From positions 1 to 64,000 of the IMG/VR virus record IMGVR_UViG_3300044957_000763: a stretch of DNA of 64,000 bases. One strand, given 5' to 3'. Below the pieces are notes generated by a model. It saw nothing but the letters and a program-made list of their open reading frames with translations, ran no database searches and was not told where the DNA came from. The position numbers and the translations under genes are program-made. Positions 18,981 to 28,597 of this stretch are shown here, in pieces; the stretch's first letter is position 1; every line of letters begins with the position of its first letter.

Positions 18981-21900
18981 CTACTCCTTATTACTATGAC
19001 ATCACCCGGCGGTGCTCCATCTGTATATGTTTCTAGTTCTTCTTGTGTTTTGGCTACTGCTAAATATGCAACACCATCTGCCAATTCTGGTCCAAGACTT
19101 ACTGCCGTTGGTGCAACTGCATACGATGTATCCGGGCTGATAAGCTCTGGAATTGGGTTAGTTGTAGAGTGCCAAAACAGCTTCAATTTTTGTGTTGTTG
19201 TGTCTCGATAATGCTCTACTACAATCGTGTATGTGCTTGATTGGTCGAGCGGGCCAGGAATAACATAACTAATTGGCACATACGATGGTGAATCCCATGT
19301 GTCTATTACCGGAGTATTCATATCTTCAAAGTACACTCGTGCGCCGGTGTTCGCCTCTAAAACCAGCGTGTACACTTCACCATCGTACAACGGCCTAAAA
19401 TTACCCTCAAATCTGGCATTCCAGTTTTGTCCTAGTTCATCATCATCGCCTTCATAATTTTCATAATTGATGCTCTCTACAATAACGTCTGTGGTAGGTT
19501 CGTCAGTTATGTCCAAGTCCTTCTCATTGCCAGAGGTCTTTGCCCAAAACTGAGCCCTCCAACCAGGGGCAGGCTCTAAATGTATGATATCTTTTTCAAC
19601 AACTCGACCGTCAACCCACAGTTTGACCTTTACAAATATATCTCTGCTTCTTGGTGCGTACTCCCATGACGTTGTATTAGCGTTGTAGAACGCCCGAGGA
19701 TAAATCGACAACTCTGCGGGTTCTTCTAGTTGCCTTGAGGTATATGACCAAAATGTGTCAACTTTGTACACGTTACTTTTTGTGTTTATAGCAGTGTATC
19801 TGCGCTGGTCGTTCGGCGGCGGTAAATGTTCGGTAATGTTTGGTGTATCACGATTGAATGCACCCAACACTGCGTATGTTTGTTGATAACAGTCTAGCCA
19901 AACATCGGATGAGTGCGCAATCCATGTATTATCAGGGTGTCGATTAGCAATATAACCATTTGTGACATCGCTGGTGTCCTTTGGCATAAACACCCATCCA
20001 CCTCGTGGTGTTTCATCAAAATAAAACTCCGCCCAATAAGTACCAGCAGACAGGGTGTCTGCTGTTTCAAATTTGTATTCAACCAGACCGTCCGTAATAC
20101 TGCGTATCTCTGGTCCGATTGCTGTGGTTACTTCGACACCAGATGGAAAATTTGAGACATCTGTTACTACGCGCATTCTGACTCTTTTTCCGGTTGCGTT
20201 TAACAATGTTCCATATGGATTATCTGATTGCAAAACAGTTGAAAGCAAAACACCAATTCGGTCTGTGTCGCTTGGCACAGTTATCTTAATTGACGTTTTG
20301 TCATAACACAAAACCTCTTCATAATATCCATCCTCTGTGTCGAATACTGGTGCTATTGTTTCGGTGTCTCCGTTGTACCCAGACAGCCAAATAGTTCCAG
20401 ACACCGGAGTCCAGTCTGGTGTTTCGCGGCCGGCGTCGTAGTGCCATGCTGTAAGAGTCACTGGCTCTGTTTTAGATTCAACTGCCACAAACCCCCATGT
20501 CATCGCTTCAGTTGGTTCAATAACAAGCCAGTATACTCTGGCTTGCGCAAAGTTGTGATTCAAAAAGAATTCTTTTTCAGTAAAATCAATATCTGATATT
20601 GAGTCAAATGTGACCGTGCCGCCGGTCGCAATCAAGTTTCCAGGCAATCCATCAACACTTGAGTACAATGATGCCTTTAACCCAGCACCAGGTGAGTTTG
20701 TGAATTCTCCATCATATGATGATTTTCTTAGTCTAAGTCTGAACCCAGAGATACCACTGTCAATTGATGTGATGATTTTGGTTGCAAATGCAGGGAATAC
20801 AATTGCAGTTTCGTGACCTGTGTTTGATGTTTTGTCTAGGTCTGGGTCTTCTGATATTAAAACTTGGTTGCCGTATGACTCAAGTAAAGAAGGGTCCAGT
20901 CCACTCGGAGCAATAGTAAATGAATCTCCGCGAGCGACTTCTGGTTCAACAGACCCATCTGGTTTTGATGAATCTCCAAAACCAAAAAATCCATTAAGAT
21001 TATTTACCCAATATGGAGAATCATACAAAGCAAGCTGCGACACACAAATTCCAAGTTCATCAAGTGAGATAAATTTGTTGTCATACTGTCTTAGGTCAAT
21101 AACCAAAAATTGGCCGCCATTGTCAAGAAACTCTCTGACTGCGTCGTCTATTTGCTCTTGTGAATACCCTTGATTCTCAAGATTCTTTCTGAATTGTTCT
21201 TCTGTAACTAGTGTTTCATCATCTGGCGACACCACTCGAGTGTTGATGATGCGATAGTCGCGCATAGACAAGTCAGGGATTACGCCGGCGTATCCGTGTA
21301 GTCGAAATTCGTTCATGTGTTGTAGGGTGTCTTTTTTGAAGTATCCTAGTGTTGACAATCCTGCCAATATTCTTGCGTCATATTCGCTTTCAGAAAGATA
21401 GTATTTTGACGCAGTAACATACAGGTCTTTTTCAAACTGGTTTTCATCAAAGTCTTGTAATTTAAGCCTGAGTGTGTAGTCATTGGTAAGTCTATCAGCG
21501 GAGCTATCTGATGTAATCGCATCACACTGGTCTGATTCGTCCATGAACACTTCAAACGTATTTGCGGCATCAAGTACTTCGCCGGTGGTACTCAGCAAAT
21601 TTGAATCAAGTCTTGCCATAACTGTTGATGGTGGGCGTGTGGCAATATCTGAAACTACCCTGCGTTCATCAGGGTTAAACTCGAATGATTGATAACCGTC
21701 TTCTGGCACTAACTCACTGTTGATTGGTGTTTTCAGTGCGGCGCGAAACGCTTTAGACGATGTGTTATTTTCGTTTCTTAGGTTTGACAATCCAGTAAGA
21801 ATAGTATTTGGCAAATATGCACCAGGTGGTAGCAAGCCGTATGCCAAGCTAGAAATTGGCGTATCAATCGAGTACAACCTTAATTCAAGCAAAGACAAAT

Positions 21901-23446
21901 ACAGTGCGAATAACAATCTCTCAATCGCATCAGGGTCTTTAACAGGGGGTCGTGCAAAAGACAGTACATCTTGTGACATCCACGCAATATAAAAGTGACA
22001 ATTCAGCGATGCTATTTCATCTGGGTTGGCATCATCAACATCACCAACATCTGCAAGCAGTGTTCTAAATCCCGCGTTTCTTTGGTCAACAATGTCGTAT
22101 AGTGAGCCCGGCGCGCGAACCACAACAACACGGCCGAGGGTTTCATACCCATCTACCTCTGGAGGAAAATACGAACACTCATCCCAATTTTTTGGCCAAA
22201 ACTCAGCAGTAACCTCTGGTCCGACAGATAGTAGTGGTTTGACATCTGGTGATTCATAATTACTCTTTTGAGTTCGACCCATAAGGCGAATACAACAAGC
22301 AGCGCCGCTTCTTAAGTCACGTAAATATCCAGTCAGTGCCCCTGTGTGGCCAACTGGTGTGGCGGACTCCCAGTCTTGCAACAAATACAAACTTGGCACA
22401 GCCGGCGCACTATATTCGCCATCAAAAAACTTGAAATGTGTGCGATTTTTGGCCCGTAAAAATGAATTAGTAGCATAAATTGAATCAAGCGTCCAACCGA
22501 ATTGAACCCCAACATCTTTCCTAAAAAAATTCTTGCGAGTCCAAATGCGCATATTTGTTATAGGAACAAAAGACGGTAAACCAGACACACCATTTATTGG
22601 TTCAAGTGAAAGTTCTTCGTGTGTGCCCCACATTACAACAATGTGCCAATAGCTGTCTTTTTCCCATTTGGTTACATTAGCCGGAACCTTAATGAAGATT
22701 GTGCAATTTGAACCTGTTATTGATACCTCCATGTCAAGTACAACAGGCATATCTCCGTATGATGGTAGTGTTATCGCATCCCACGATGAACCGGTTTTAG
22801 TTTGTACTAATTCATCATACGCATATACCCTAATATCTCTCGGTGTGTCAGTTTCTGCATCAATCAACATGAAGCCATCTAGTTTATCTAATGGAATTGT
22901 AAATGTAATCCAAGACAAAGGCTCGATTGCGTCATCTGTTTCATTTAGCAATGACACCCATCTTGCGTGCTTAAAATATGGCACATCCTGGTGTGTTGCG
23001 CCATCCCATCTCTGTGGTCTGTTGTATGTGAGACGGTCATCATAATTAGAACCTTCGGTGTTACCGTCTTGTGGTTTTACATCCCATGAACTCCATGCAT
23101 TGTAGTACCAAATACCCCACCCTTCTGGACATGGTGGACCGAAATATCTTGGATACCACATGGCAACACCTGGGTCTTCAAACTCAGGAGCATCATAGTC
23201 TTGTTCTTCTAATATGCCATCTAAGACACCAAAACGAACTTGGTCTTCAGTGTTGTATGCCAAGAGTCCAGAAGAGCCATCTGAGTCATGGAATGTTGTG
23301 GCTTGGCGCAATCGACACAACGCAGACTCCATGCGTATTAAGGCACCTGGGTATTTGTTGGTATCACCAAAATCACCCAGCAAGGCATTTCTTGCCTTAC
23401 CGAGTGCTTTATAGACTTGCTCAAATGATATTCGGTCTAAGTTCAT
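18977..23446 (-). CDS. Large virion protein (1489 aa) with C-terminal PA14 carbohydrate-binding-like domain
   Basis: WNARFEGNFRP..DGEVYTLVLEANTGARVYF...VIDTW...YTIVVEHY...LKLFW matches the PA14 pattern. Confidence 0.65.
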   Translation of the reverse strand: MNLDRISFEQVYKALGKARNALLGDFGDTNKYPGALIRMESALCRLRQATTFHDSDGSSGLLAYNTEDQVRFGVLDGILEEQDYDAPEFEDPGVAMWYPRYFGPPCPEGWGIWYYNAWSSWDVKPQDGNTEGSNYDDRLTYNRPQRWDGATHQDVPYFKHARWVSLLNETDDAIEPLSWITFTIPLDKLDGFMLIDAETDTPRDIRVYAYDELVQTKTGSSWDAITLPSYGDMPVVLDMEVSITGSNCTIFIKVPANVTKWEKDSYWHIVVMWGTHEELSLEPINGVSGLPSFVPITNMRIWTRKNFFRKDVGVQFGWTLDSIYATNSFLRAKNRTHFKFFDGEYSAPAVPSLYLLQDWESATPVGHTGALTGYLRDLRSGAACCIRLMGRTQKSNYESPDVKPLLSVGPEVTAEFWPKNWDECSYFPPEVDGYETLGRVVVVRAPGSLYDIVDQRNAGFRTLLADVGDVDDANPDEIASLNCHFYIAWMSQDVLSFARPPVKDPDAIERLLFALYLSLLELRLYSIDTPISSLAYGLLPPGAYLPNTILTGLSNLRNENNTSSKAFRAALKTPINSELVPEDGYQSFEFNPDERRVVSDIATRPPSTVMARLDSNLLSTTGEVLDAANTFEVFMDESDQCDAITSDSSADRLTNDYTLRLKLQDFDENQFEKDLYVTASKYYLSESEYDARILAGLSTLGYFKKDTLQHMNEFRLHGYAGVIPDLSMRDYRIINTRVVSPDDETLVTEEQFRKNLENQGYSQEQIDDAVREFLDNGGQFLVIDLRQYDNKFISLDELGICVSQLALYDSPYWVNNLNGFFGFGDSSKPDGSVEPEVARGDSFTIAPSGLDPSLLESYGNQVLISEDPDLDKTSNTGHETAIVFPAFATKIITSIDSGISGFRLRLRKSSYDGEFTNSPGAGLKASLYSSVDGLPGNLIATGGTVTFDSISDIDFTEKEFFLNHNFAQARVYWLVIEPTEAMTWGFVAVESKTEPVTLTAWHYDAGRETPDWTPVSGTIWLSGYNGDTETIAPVFDTEDGYYEEVLCYDKTSIKITVPSDTDRIGVLLSTVLQSDNPYGTLLNATGKRVRMRVVTDVSNFPSGVEVTTAIGPEIRSITDGLVEYKFETADTLSAGTYWAEFYFDETPRGGWVFMPKDTSDVTNGYIANRHPDNTWIAHSSDVWLDCYQQTYAVLGAFNRDTPNITEHLPPPNDQRRYTAINTKSNVYKVDTFWSYTSRQLEEPAELSIYPRAFYNANTTSWEYAPRSRDIFVKVKLWVDGRVVEKDIIHLEPAPGWRAQFWAKTSGNEKDLDITDEPTTDVIVESINYENYEGDDDELGQNWNARFEGNFRPLYDGEVYTLVLEANTGARVYFEDMNTPVIDTWDSPSYVPISYVIPGPLDQSSTYTIVVEHYRDTTTQKLKLFWHSTTNPIPELISPDTSYAVAPTAVSLGPELADGVAYLAVAKTQEELETYTDGAPPGDVIVIRSS

Positions 23447-24235
23447 TTACCGTCTTTCCCACGAATCAGTGGAGACGTTATCCGGACCATACTCAGCAAC
23501 TCTAATCAATTCTGTGGCCGACAATGAAGCAATTGCTTTGTATAGCAGTTGTTGCCCTTCTCCGCCGTCAGATGTCTTGATTTCGCCCATTACCACATTG
23601 TATAGAATTCGAACTGGTCTCCGCCACTTACTCTTATACGAGAGAATTCTTTGGCGGGCTTCGGTTGATAAATTTGGTATGACTGGATTGCTCATGTCTA
23701 TCACCGAATCATACATTTCTAAAAATGCGGCGGCGGCGAGAGCACTATCCGCAAGTGTTGGAGAAGTTGATGTGTGTGTGAGATTCCAAATATTATCAAA
23801 ATCAGTCTGGGCAGATGTAACATAAGTGGAAAGAATATCATTGTGACTGTCAGTAAAATGTTTTGGAGACAATGCTGATTTTCCGCAAATTGGACATATT
23901 CCAACTACCCACATTCTTCGATGATTGCGCAGGATGTCATTGAGTAATCTGGCTGCCTCTTGTGAGAACCTTTCACTTGATTGGCGTGTTGAACCCTGAA
24001 CATACACCTCTATATCAATTTTGTGTTGATACTCTTGAGCACCATAAACCTCGTCTGAAGTCGGAGTAGATGTGCCTTTAATAACTACAGCGGGTGTATC
24101 AGTTCCAACTAATGTAAACTCCCCGAGGTGCCATTTTTTGATTACTTGGTCGTAAATAGACGGCAACGACTGATTGTTTTTTGGCCACTCGTCAAATAGT
24201 ATTCCGCGTATGGTTTCGTATACATCTTCAATCAT
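23447..24235 (-). CDS. Tail terminator/tail-completion-like protein with internal C2H2-like insertion
   Basis: IKKWHLGE...TPAVVI...QHKIDIEVYV...ERFSQEAARLLNDIL; adjacent to an adaptor-like gene; CPICGK...H...H insert. Confidence 0.5.
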   Translation of the reverse strand: MIEDVYETIRGILFDEWPKNNQSLPSIYDQVIKKWHLGEFTLVGTDTPAVVIKGTSTPTSDEVYGAQEYQHKIDIEVYVQGSTRQSSERFSQEAARLLNDILRNHRRMWVVGICPICGKSALSPKHFTDSHNDILSTYVTSAQTDFDNIWNLTHTSTSPTLADSALAAAAFLEMYDSVIDMSNPVIPNLSTEARQRILSYKSKWRRPVRILYNVVMGEIKTSDGGEGQQLLYKAIASLSATELIRVAEYGPDNVSTDSWERR

Positions 24236-24240
24236 TTATA

Positions 24241-24729
24241 TCACTTATTGCCTTGTGACTTGCCTTCAACCGCCGGATTCTTTGGTGCTCCACGCAAAGT
24301 ATTGGAAATGAATCTACTGCTTCTAGTTCGTCTTTGACCCTCTAGTACGATTTCGCCGTTTTGCAGTCGTACCATCATATTCTCTGCCCAATCGTCTCTG
24401 CGCTTTTGAGACTCACTTGATTCTCGGTCTGCGCCCTGGAGTTTCTGTTCGTAAATCATTTGTGCGGCCATAATAGCGCACACTGTGGGTATTGGAGATG
24501 GGAAGTCCACCTCTCCACCTTGGTTAATCTTTTTTAGTGGCACGTCATAAACTGCACGTATTAGTGCATTTATACGCTGGGTTGCCTGTTCGATATAAAA
24601 CTCTATGTTGTCGACTAAAAGATTTGCCGGTTCTGGATTGTATGGGTCTGGCGTACTATTGGCACCTTCAACAATAATATTGTTTGGCAAATACACAATT
24701 ACATCTTCGATATTGCAATACGTTGTCAT
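24241..24729 (-). CDS. Head-tail adaptor (Mu gp36/DUF1320-like)
   Basis: MTTYCNIEDV...IEQATQRINALIRAVYDVPL...IPTVCAIMAA...WAENMMVRLQNGEIVL. Confidence 0.7.
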   Translation of the reverse strand: MTTYCNIEDVIVYLPNNIIVEGANSTPDPYNPEPANLLVDNIEFYIEQATQRINALIRAVYDVPLKKINQGGEVDFPSPIPTVCAIMAAQMIYEQKLQGADRESSESQKRRDDWAENMMVRLQNGEIVLEGQRRTRSSRFISNTLRGAPKNPAVEGKSQGNK

Positions 24730-25481
24730 ACAATTTCTCCTTTAGCGCCAATTCCTGGTTGCGCTAATCCTGGTTGTGATTTTGGTAATTGCTGTTCTTG
24801 GATTTTTTCTGCTTGTGTCTTTAGGTAATCCGGCTTAAAGTCTTCTCCAAATCCTTCTGGAATAATGCCATAAGATTCCAGGTCTCTGCGATGAATTAAC
24901 GTGTAAACGTTTGTGCGTTCAACATCATTAGCGTTTCTCGATGCAGAACTAATGAATTTTGGCAACTGCACATCAATATCTTGGTAATGACCAACGGCTG
25001 CGTTATAGATTTCTACTGCGTCTGGTGATGCCGGGGTGTTAATTACGCCATTGATGTTTTGTGCCTGCCCTTTAGTGAGTTCAGAAATCATAACCCATCC
25101 ACCAGATTTGTGAGCATGTTGACATGCTTGTTGCATATCAAGATTAGGTGGCATTGGCTTTTTCATGAGATACACAAGTAATCTAGACTTATCATTACAA
25201 AGATACTCTTCTCCTGGTATTACCCATATATCTAGATTGTCTTTCAATGCAATTTGTTGTGCTCGCCAACCAAACTGAGGCCCAAGTGGGTGGACTACCC
25301 CTACTACATCTAAACCGTTGGCAATGCCAGCAGTTAGAAGCGAACGCAAGTGTGGGTCAGCGGCAATAACCGATTGGGCACCAAGTTCTACAGGTGCATA
25401 CAGGCGCAAATCCACGCGCATCATGTGTTTGCGCAAAGACTCTACTATTCGTGATTGCGTATACCAACTGTACTGACGCAT
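24726..25481 (-). CDS. PHP-domain-like protein, metal ligands degenerate
   Basis: VDLRLY (for DLHxH), GLDVVGVVH, VIPGEEY, AHKSGGWVMI, DAVEIYNA, SASRN (for GSDAH). Confidence 0.6.
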   Translation of the reverse strand: MRQYSWYTQSRIVESLRKHMMRVDLRLYAPVELGAQSVIAADPHLRSLLTAGIANGLDVVGVVHPLGPQFGWRAQQIALKDNLDIWVIPGEEYLCNDKSRLLVYLMKKPMPPNLDMQQACQHAHKSGGWVMISELTKGQAQNINGVINTPASPDAVEIYNAAVGHYQDIDVQLPKFISSASRNANDVERTNVYTLIHRRDLESYGIIPEGFGEDFKPDYLKTQAEKIQEQQLPKSQPGLAQPGIGAKGEIV

Positions 25482-25513
25482 ACCATTCTTTTACACAAGA
25501 ACGGGGTGCGTAC

Positions 25514-26068
25514 CTATGCGTTTGGAGCGGAGTATGTGGCCCGTTTTTGACCACAGTGTGGGCAATATTTTTCGGTGTTAAATGAAAATCCACATTCGGT
25601 GCAAAATCGCACCAATGAACGCGAGGCAAAAGTTCTTTTCGACTTAGTCTCTGCTTGGCGCACAACTGGTTCCTGGTAGGATTCTGGTTCTTCGTCTTGA
25701 AATTCCATGGCATACGCATCAATGTCTGTAACACTGGCGTGCTCGTTGTTAATCATGTTAGCCAATGGTTGCTCTTTTGGTGCCTCTGCTATTTCAGCAG
25801 ATTCTGCAAGTTCGCGGTTCCTGGCGTAATTTTCAAAGAATCGCTGTAGGGTTGGTGAATTAACAACGCTTTTATTGTGCACGAATTCTCCAGATGAATT
25901 AATGTGCGGTTGAAATTCTGCGTCTGGAGCAATATCATCAATTTCAATATACTCGCCTCTCGCTGGCTCAGATTCGTTGAGTACGGTTTGACCGTAAGCG
26001 TTGGTTCTCATGGCTATGGCAGCGTTCATGTTGTTTTTTGAGAACGAATACCTTGTGTGTTTGTTCAT
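25514..26068 (-). CDS. Hypothetical protein with C-terminal double zinc ribbon
   Basis: FCTECG...YCPHCG at the C-terminus. Confidence 0.65.
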   Translation of the reverse strand: MNKHTRYSFSKNNMNAAIAMRTNAYGQTVLNESEPARGEYIEIDDIAPDAEFQPHINSSGEFVHNKSVVNSPTLQRFFENYARNRELAESAEIAEAPKEQPLANMINNEHASVTDIDAYAMEFQDEEPESYQEPVVRQAETKSKRTFASRSLVRFCTECGFSFNTEKYCPHCGQKRATYSAPNA

Positions 26069-26069
26069 G

Positions 26070-26426
26070 TTAGTCCTTTTGCTTTTTGCTATTGTGCACA
26101 GACCATTTGAATGATTCTACTTTGACACCTAGCGCGTCTCCAATTCCTAGAATATATTCCATAATGTCGGCTTCTGAAACACCATGGGGTGCAGCGAAAG
26201 CCACAGTTGCAGTATGAACCTGCACATTTTGAATAGGACTTTCTTTTCGGACGAAGCTCTCAATAGCCGGCACCTCGCCGGCTTCATTGAACTCGTCAGA
26301 TGGAACCCCGTCGATTGCCTGCGCAATCCGCATAAGCCTTGTGCTTGTATGAAAATTGCCGTTTGATGCAATTACCTCGGCTAATTTTGTTATATTGTCT
26401 GTGTTTCGCATAGTATTGCATTCCAC
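26070..26426 (-). CDS. Hypothetical protein (~113-118 aa)
   Basis: ORF track; likely start MRNTDN at 26411. Confidence 0.55.
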   Translation of the reverse strand: MECNTMRNTDNITKLAEVIASNGNFHTSTRLMRIAQAIDGVPSDEFNEAGEVPAIESFVRKESPIQNVQVHTATVAFAAPHGVSEADIMEYILGIGDALGVKVESFKWSVHNSKKQKD

Positions 26427-26458
26427 GTCAAATGGTAAGTGACCTCATTTTTGATTTA

Positions 26459-27709
26459 TTAGTCTATGGCCGTCTTACCTGCAAATTCCAGTTCATACTT
26501 GCGTAATGCACTCATAAGTTCATGGTCTGAACTACTGTCCATCACATCACTAACACTTCGACCATCCTTTAATCCATCAAAAGCCTGCGGCCAAACAGCG
26601 TAGTATTCAGTATTTTCAATTGGCTTGCCGGCAGCCACTGCGTTTTCGTATCCCTCACTAATGAATCTTGCAAGATAAAGAACTCGATTTAAGACATTTC
26701 TTAGAGTTGGAGGGGCGGACATGCCGCCAACATATGATTCGGCACTTACAGAAACATCACTGACTGTTATTGTGCTAGAACCACCGCCGGGGCCGGTGCC
26801 GGTACCCAGCCCGCCAGTGTCTGATGGAGTTGGGTCTGGGTCTGTAACAATGGTAAAGCCCTCGACATCAAGCATCCTAAGCTCTCTTAATGCAGATATT
26901 TCATCATCTACAGAGTAGATGCGCATGGCCTCTGAATATTTTGGATTTCTGATTTTGAGTCTACTGAAGTTTTTGTCAGCAACAACGTATCCTTCATTTT
27001 TATAAGCATCTGGTTGCTCTTCAATCAATGCATAAACTTGCGCTAATGAGCGCACCTTTTTGTATGGAACAACCTCTCCGTGAAACTTCATGTTAAATAT
27101 ATCAATTTCTTTGAGTGTTTTTATGTTGACAGCGGCGACGAGATACAAATGTGATGTCGAGTACAAAACCACAACTCGATTGTCTGGTGTAACGAGTTCA
27201 AAAACATATGATATATCTGGATTGAGCTTGCTTGTAAACTCTGCCCAACTTGTTCCGCTGTTCATGAGTGTTTCTTCAACTAGTTGTCTCCATGTGACAG
27301 TTCTGTCAGAACTATTTGGACTTTTCACAATGGAACTACCATCTGCGCTAAATCTAGTTGAGCATCGCCACTGTCCTTTATAATGATAAATGCATACCAG
27401 TGCCCCGTCAATTTTGTGCATTGCTCTGGCGCTAGACCAATCAAATTGGTCTGAAACCGCTTTGTATCCTGATTCACTTGGTTCAAAAAACGCATCTATA
27501 GGCTTGCAGACAACATCCCATGTATCGAGTTCCAAAATCAAACCACGGCACTCTCTAACAATTGGAGAAGATTTTGGACTCAGTGGTCGATAGTTGAACA
27601 CTACAATTCCTATTTCTTGATTTACGAAGTATTGTATGTCGTATCGCTGATATAGATTTTGCAACGTCTTGCCAGAGCGCAAAAATTCAGATGTGTGTGT
27701 CGTGGTCAT
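26459..27709 (-). CDS. T4 Rnl1-like ATP-dependent RNA ligase with Gly/Thr/Pro-rich C-terminal extension
   Basis: ECRGLIL, KPIDAFFE, motif I HKIDG, motif Ia STR, III YVFELVTPDNRVV, IV EGYVV, V KIRN. Confidence 0.85.
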   Translation of the reverse strand: MTTTHTSEFLRSGKTLQNLYQRYDIQYFVNQEIGIVVFNYRPLSPKSSPIVRECRGLILELDTWDVVCKPIDAFFEPSESGYKAVSDQFDWSSARAMHKIDGALVCIYHYKGQWRCSTRFSADGSSIVKSPNSSDRTVTWRQLVEETLMNSGTSWAEFTSKLNPDISYVFELVTPDNRVVVLYSTSHLYLVAAVNIKTLKEIDIFNMKFHGEVVPYKKVRSLAQVYALIEEQPDAYKNEGYVVADKNFSRLKIRNPKYSEAMRIYSVDDEISALRELRMLDVEGFTIVTDPDPTPSDTGGLGTGTGPGGGSSTITVSDVSVSAESYVGGMSAPPTLRNVLNRVLYLARFISEGYENAVAAGKPIENTEYYAVWPQAFDGLKDGRSVSDVMDSSSDHELMSALRKYELEFAGKTAID

Positions 27710-28597
27710 CTAATTACTTGTACCGATTTCTACAGCAGGCCATATATCAAGAAACTCCTTAGTCTCATAACACACCCTGAAGTAGCTAGAGAATTTGTTA
27801 AAGAATAATAGATTGCTTCCTTTTATGACATGATGAAAATATTCTGTGGGTTCACTGTTTCTTTCTGCTGCTAAAACTATTGTACGAATTTTATTGACCG
27901 CACAATAGTGCGCCAATGAATTGCTTGTGGTAATTACTGCGTCTGCCAGCGAAGCCAGTGCCCATAGGTGCATTACAGTTGGTGTCTTGCCTACCAATCG
28001 AGTAGCATTGCTAATTTTAGATACAATAGAGTCATCCCAATGAACACCGCATGTAACATAGTGTTTGGTTTGGTCATGTAGCATCCACCTCAAGTACTCA
28101 CTCCAATGAGGCCAATGGTGAATGGTTTGATTTGTATTAATACTAAATGGTTGCACCAAGTAGAACGGTCTTGGCAAATATGATGCTACATCTGCTGCCC
28201 ATACTTTGCAGTATTCTGGAACGTTTATAGAAGGGGCCAAAGGTATTTCTGGTGCATCGTATCCAGAAAACCCATAGTTGAGATTTGTGTCTGCTATAAG
28301 TTCTGGGTCAAATCTAGAATGTGCTAGTGCTTTTTGAATTCCTTCTCTGCGTGTGTTGGGGTTTGGATTCCACATCAATTTGTTATTGGCCCTATAATTC
28401 TCATGAGAATCAGGTAATACATAATGTGTTTTTGAAATGTACTCTTGAGAATTCAAGAAATCCAAAACAATTGACTCTGGAGACAAATACCCATAATATA
28501 TGCACTCTTTATTGGGCATGAGCTGATAAAAATGCCCCATAGCACATATGATGTCCCCCCACGGGCCTAAACATATTCCATACTTATGCTCACTCAT
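27710..28597 (-). CDS. GT9 (heptosyltransferase-like, GT-B) glycosyltransferase
   Basis: GPWGDII, HWPHW, LWALASLADAVITTSNSLAHYCA...TIVL parallel the GT9 LGD / RWP / AdlvigndSgpmHlA motifs. Confidence 0.65.
   Translation of the reverse strand: MSEHKYGICLGPWGDIICAMGHFYQLMPNKECIYYGYLSPESIVLDFLNSQEYISKTHYVLPDSHENYRANNKLMWNPNPNTRREGIQKALAHSRFDPELIADTNLNYGFSGYDAPEIPLAPSINVPEYCKVWAADVASYLPRPFYLVQPFSINTNQTIHHWPHWSEYLRWMLHDQTKHYVTCGVHWDDSIVSKISNATRLVGKTPTVMHLWALASLADAVITTSNSLAHYCAVNKIRTIVLAAERNSEPTEYFHHVIKGSNLLFFNKFSSYFRVCYETKEFLDIWPAVEIGTSN

Noticed and set aside
24726-25481. PHP protein as the end-healing phosphatase partner of the RNA ligase
   Set aside because: The metal-binding HxH and HD/DAH residues are absent.
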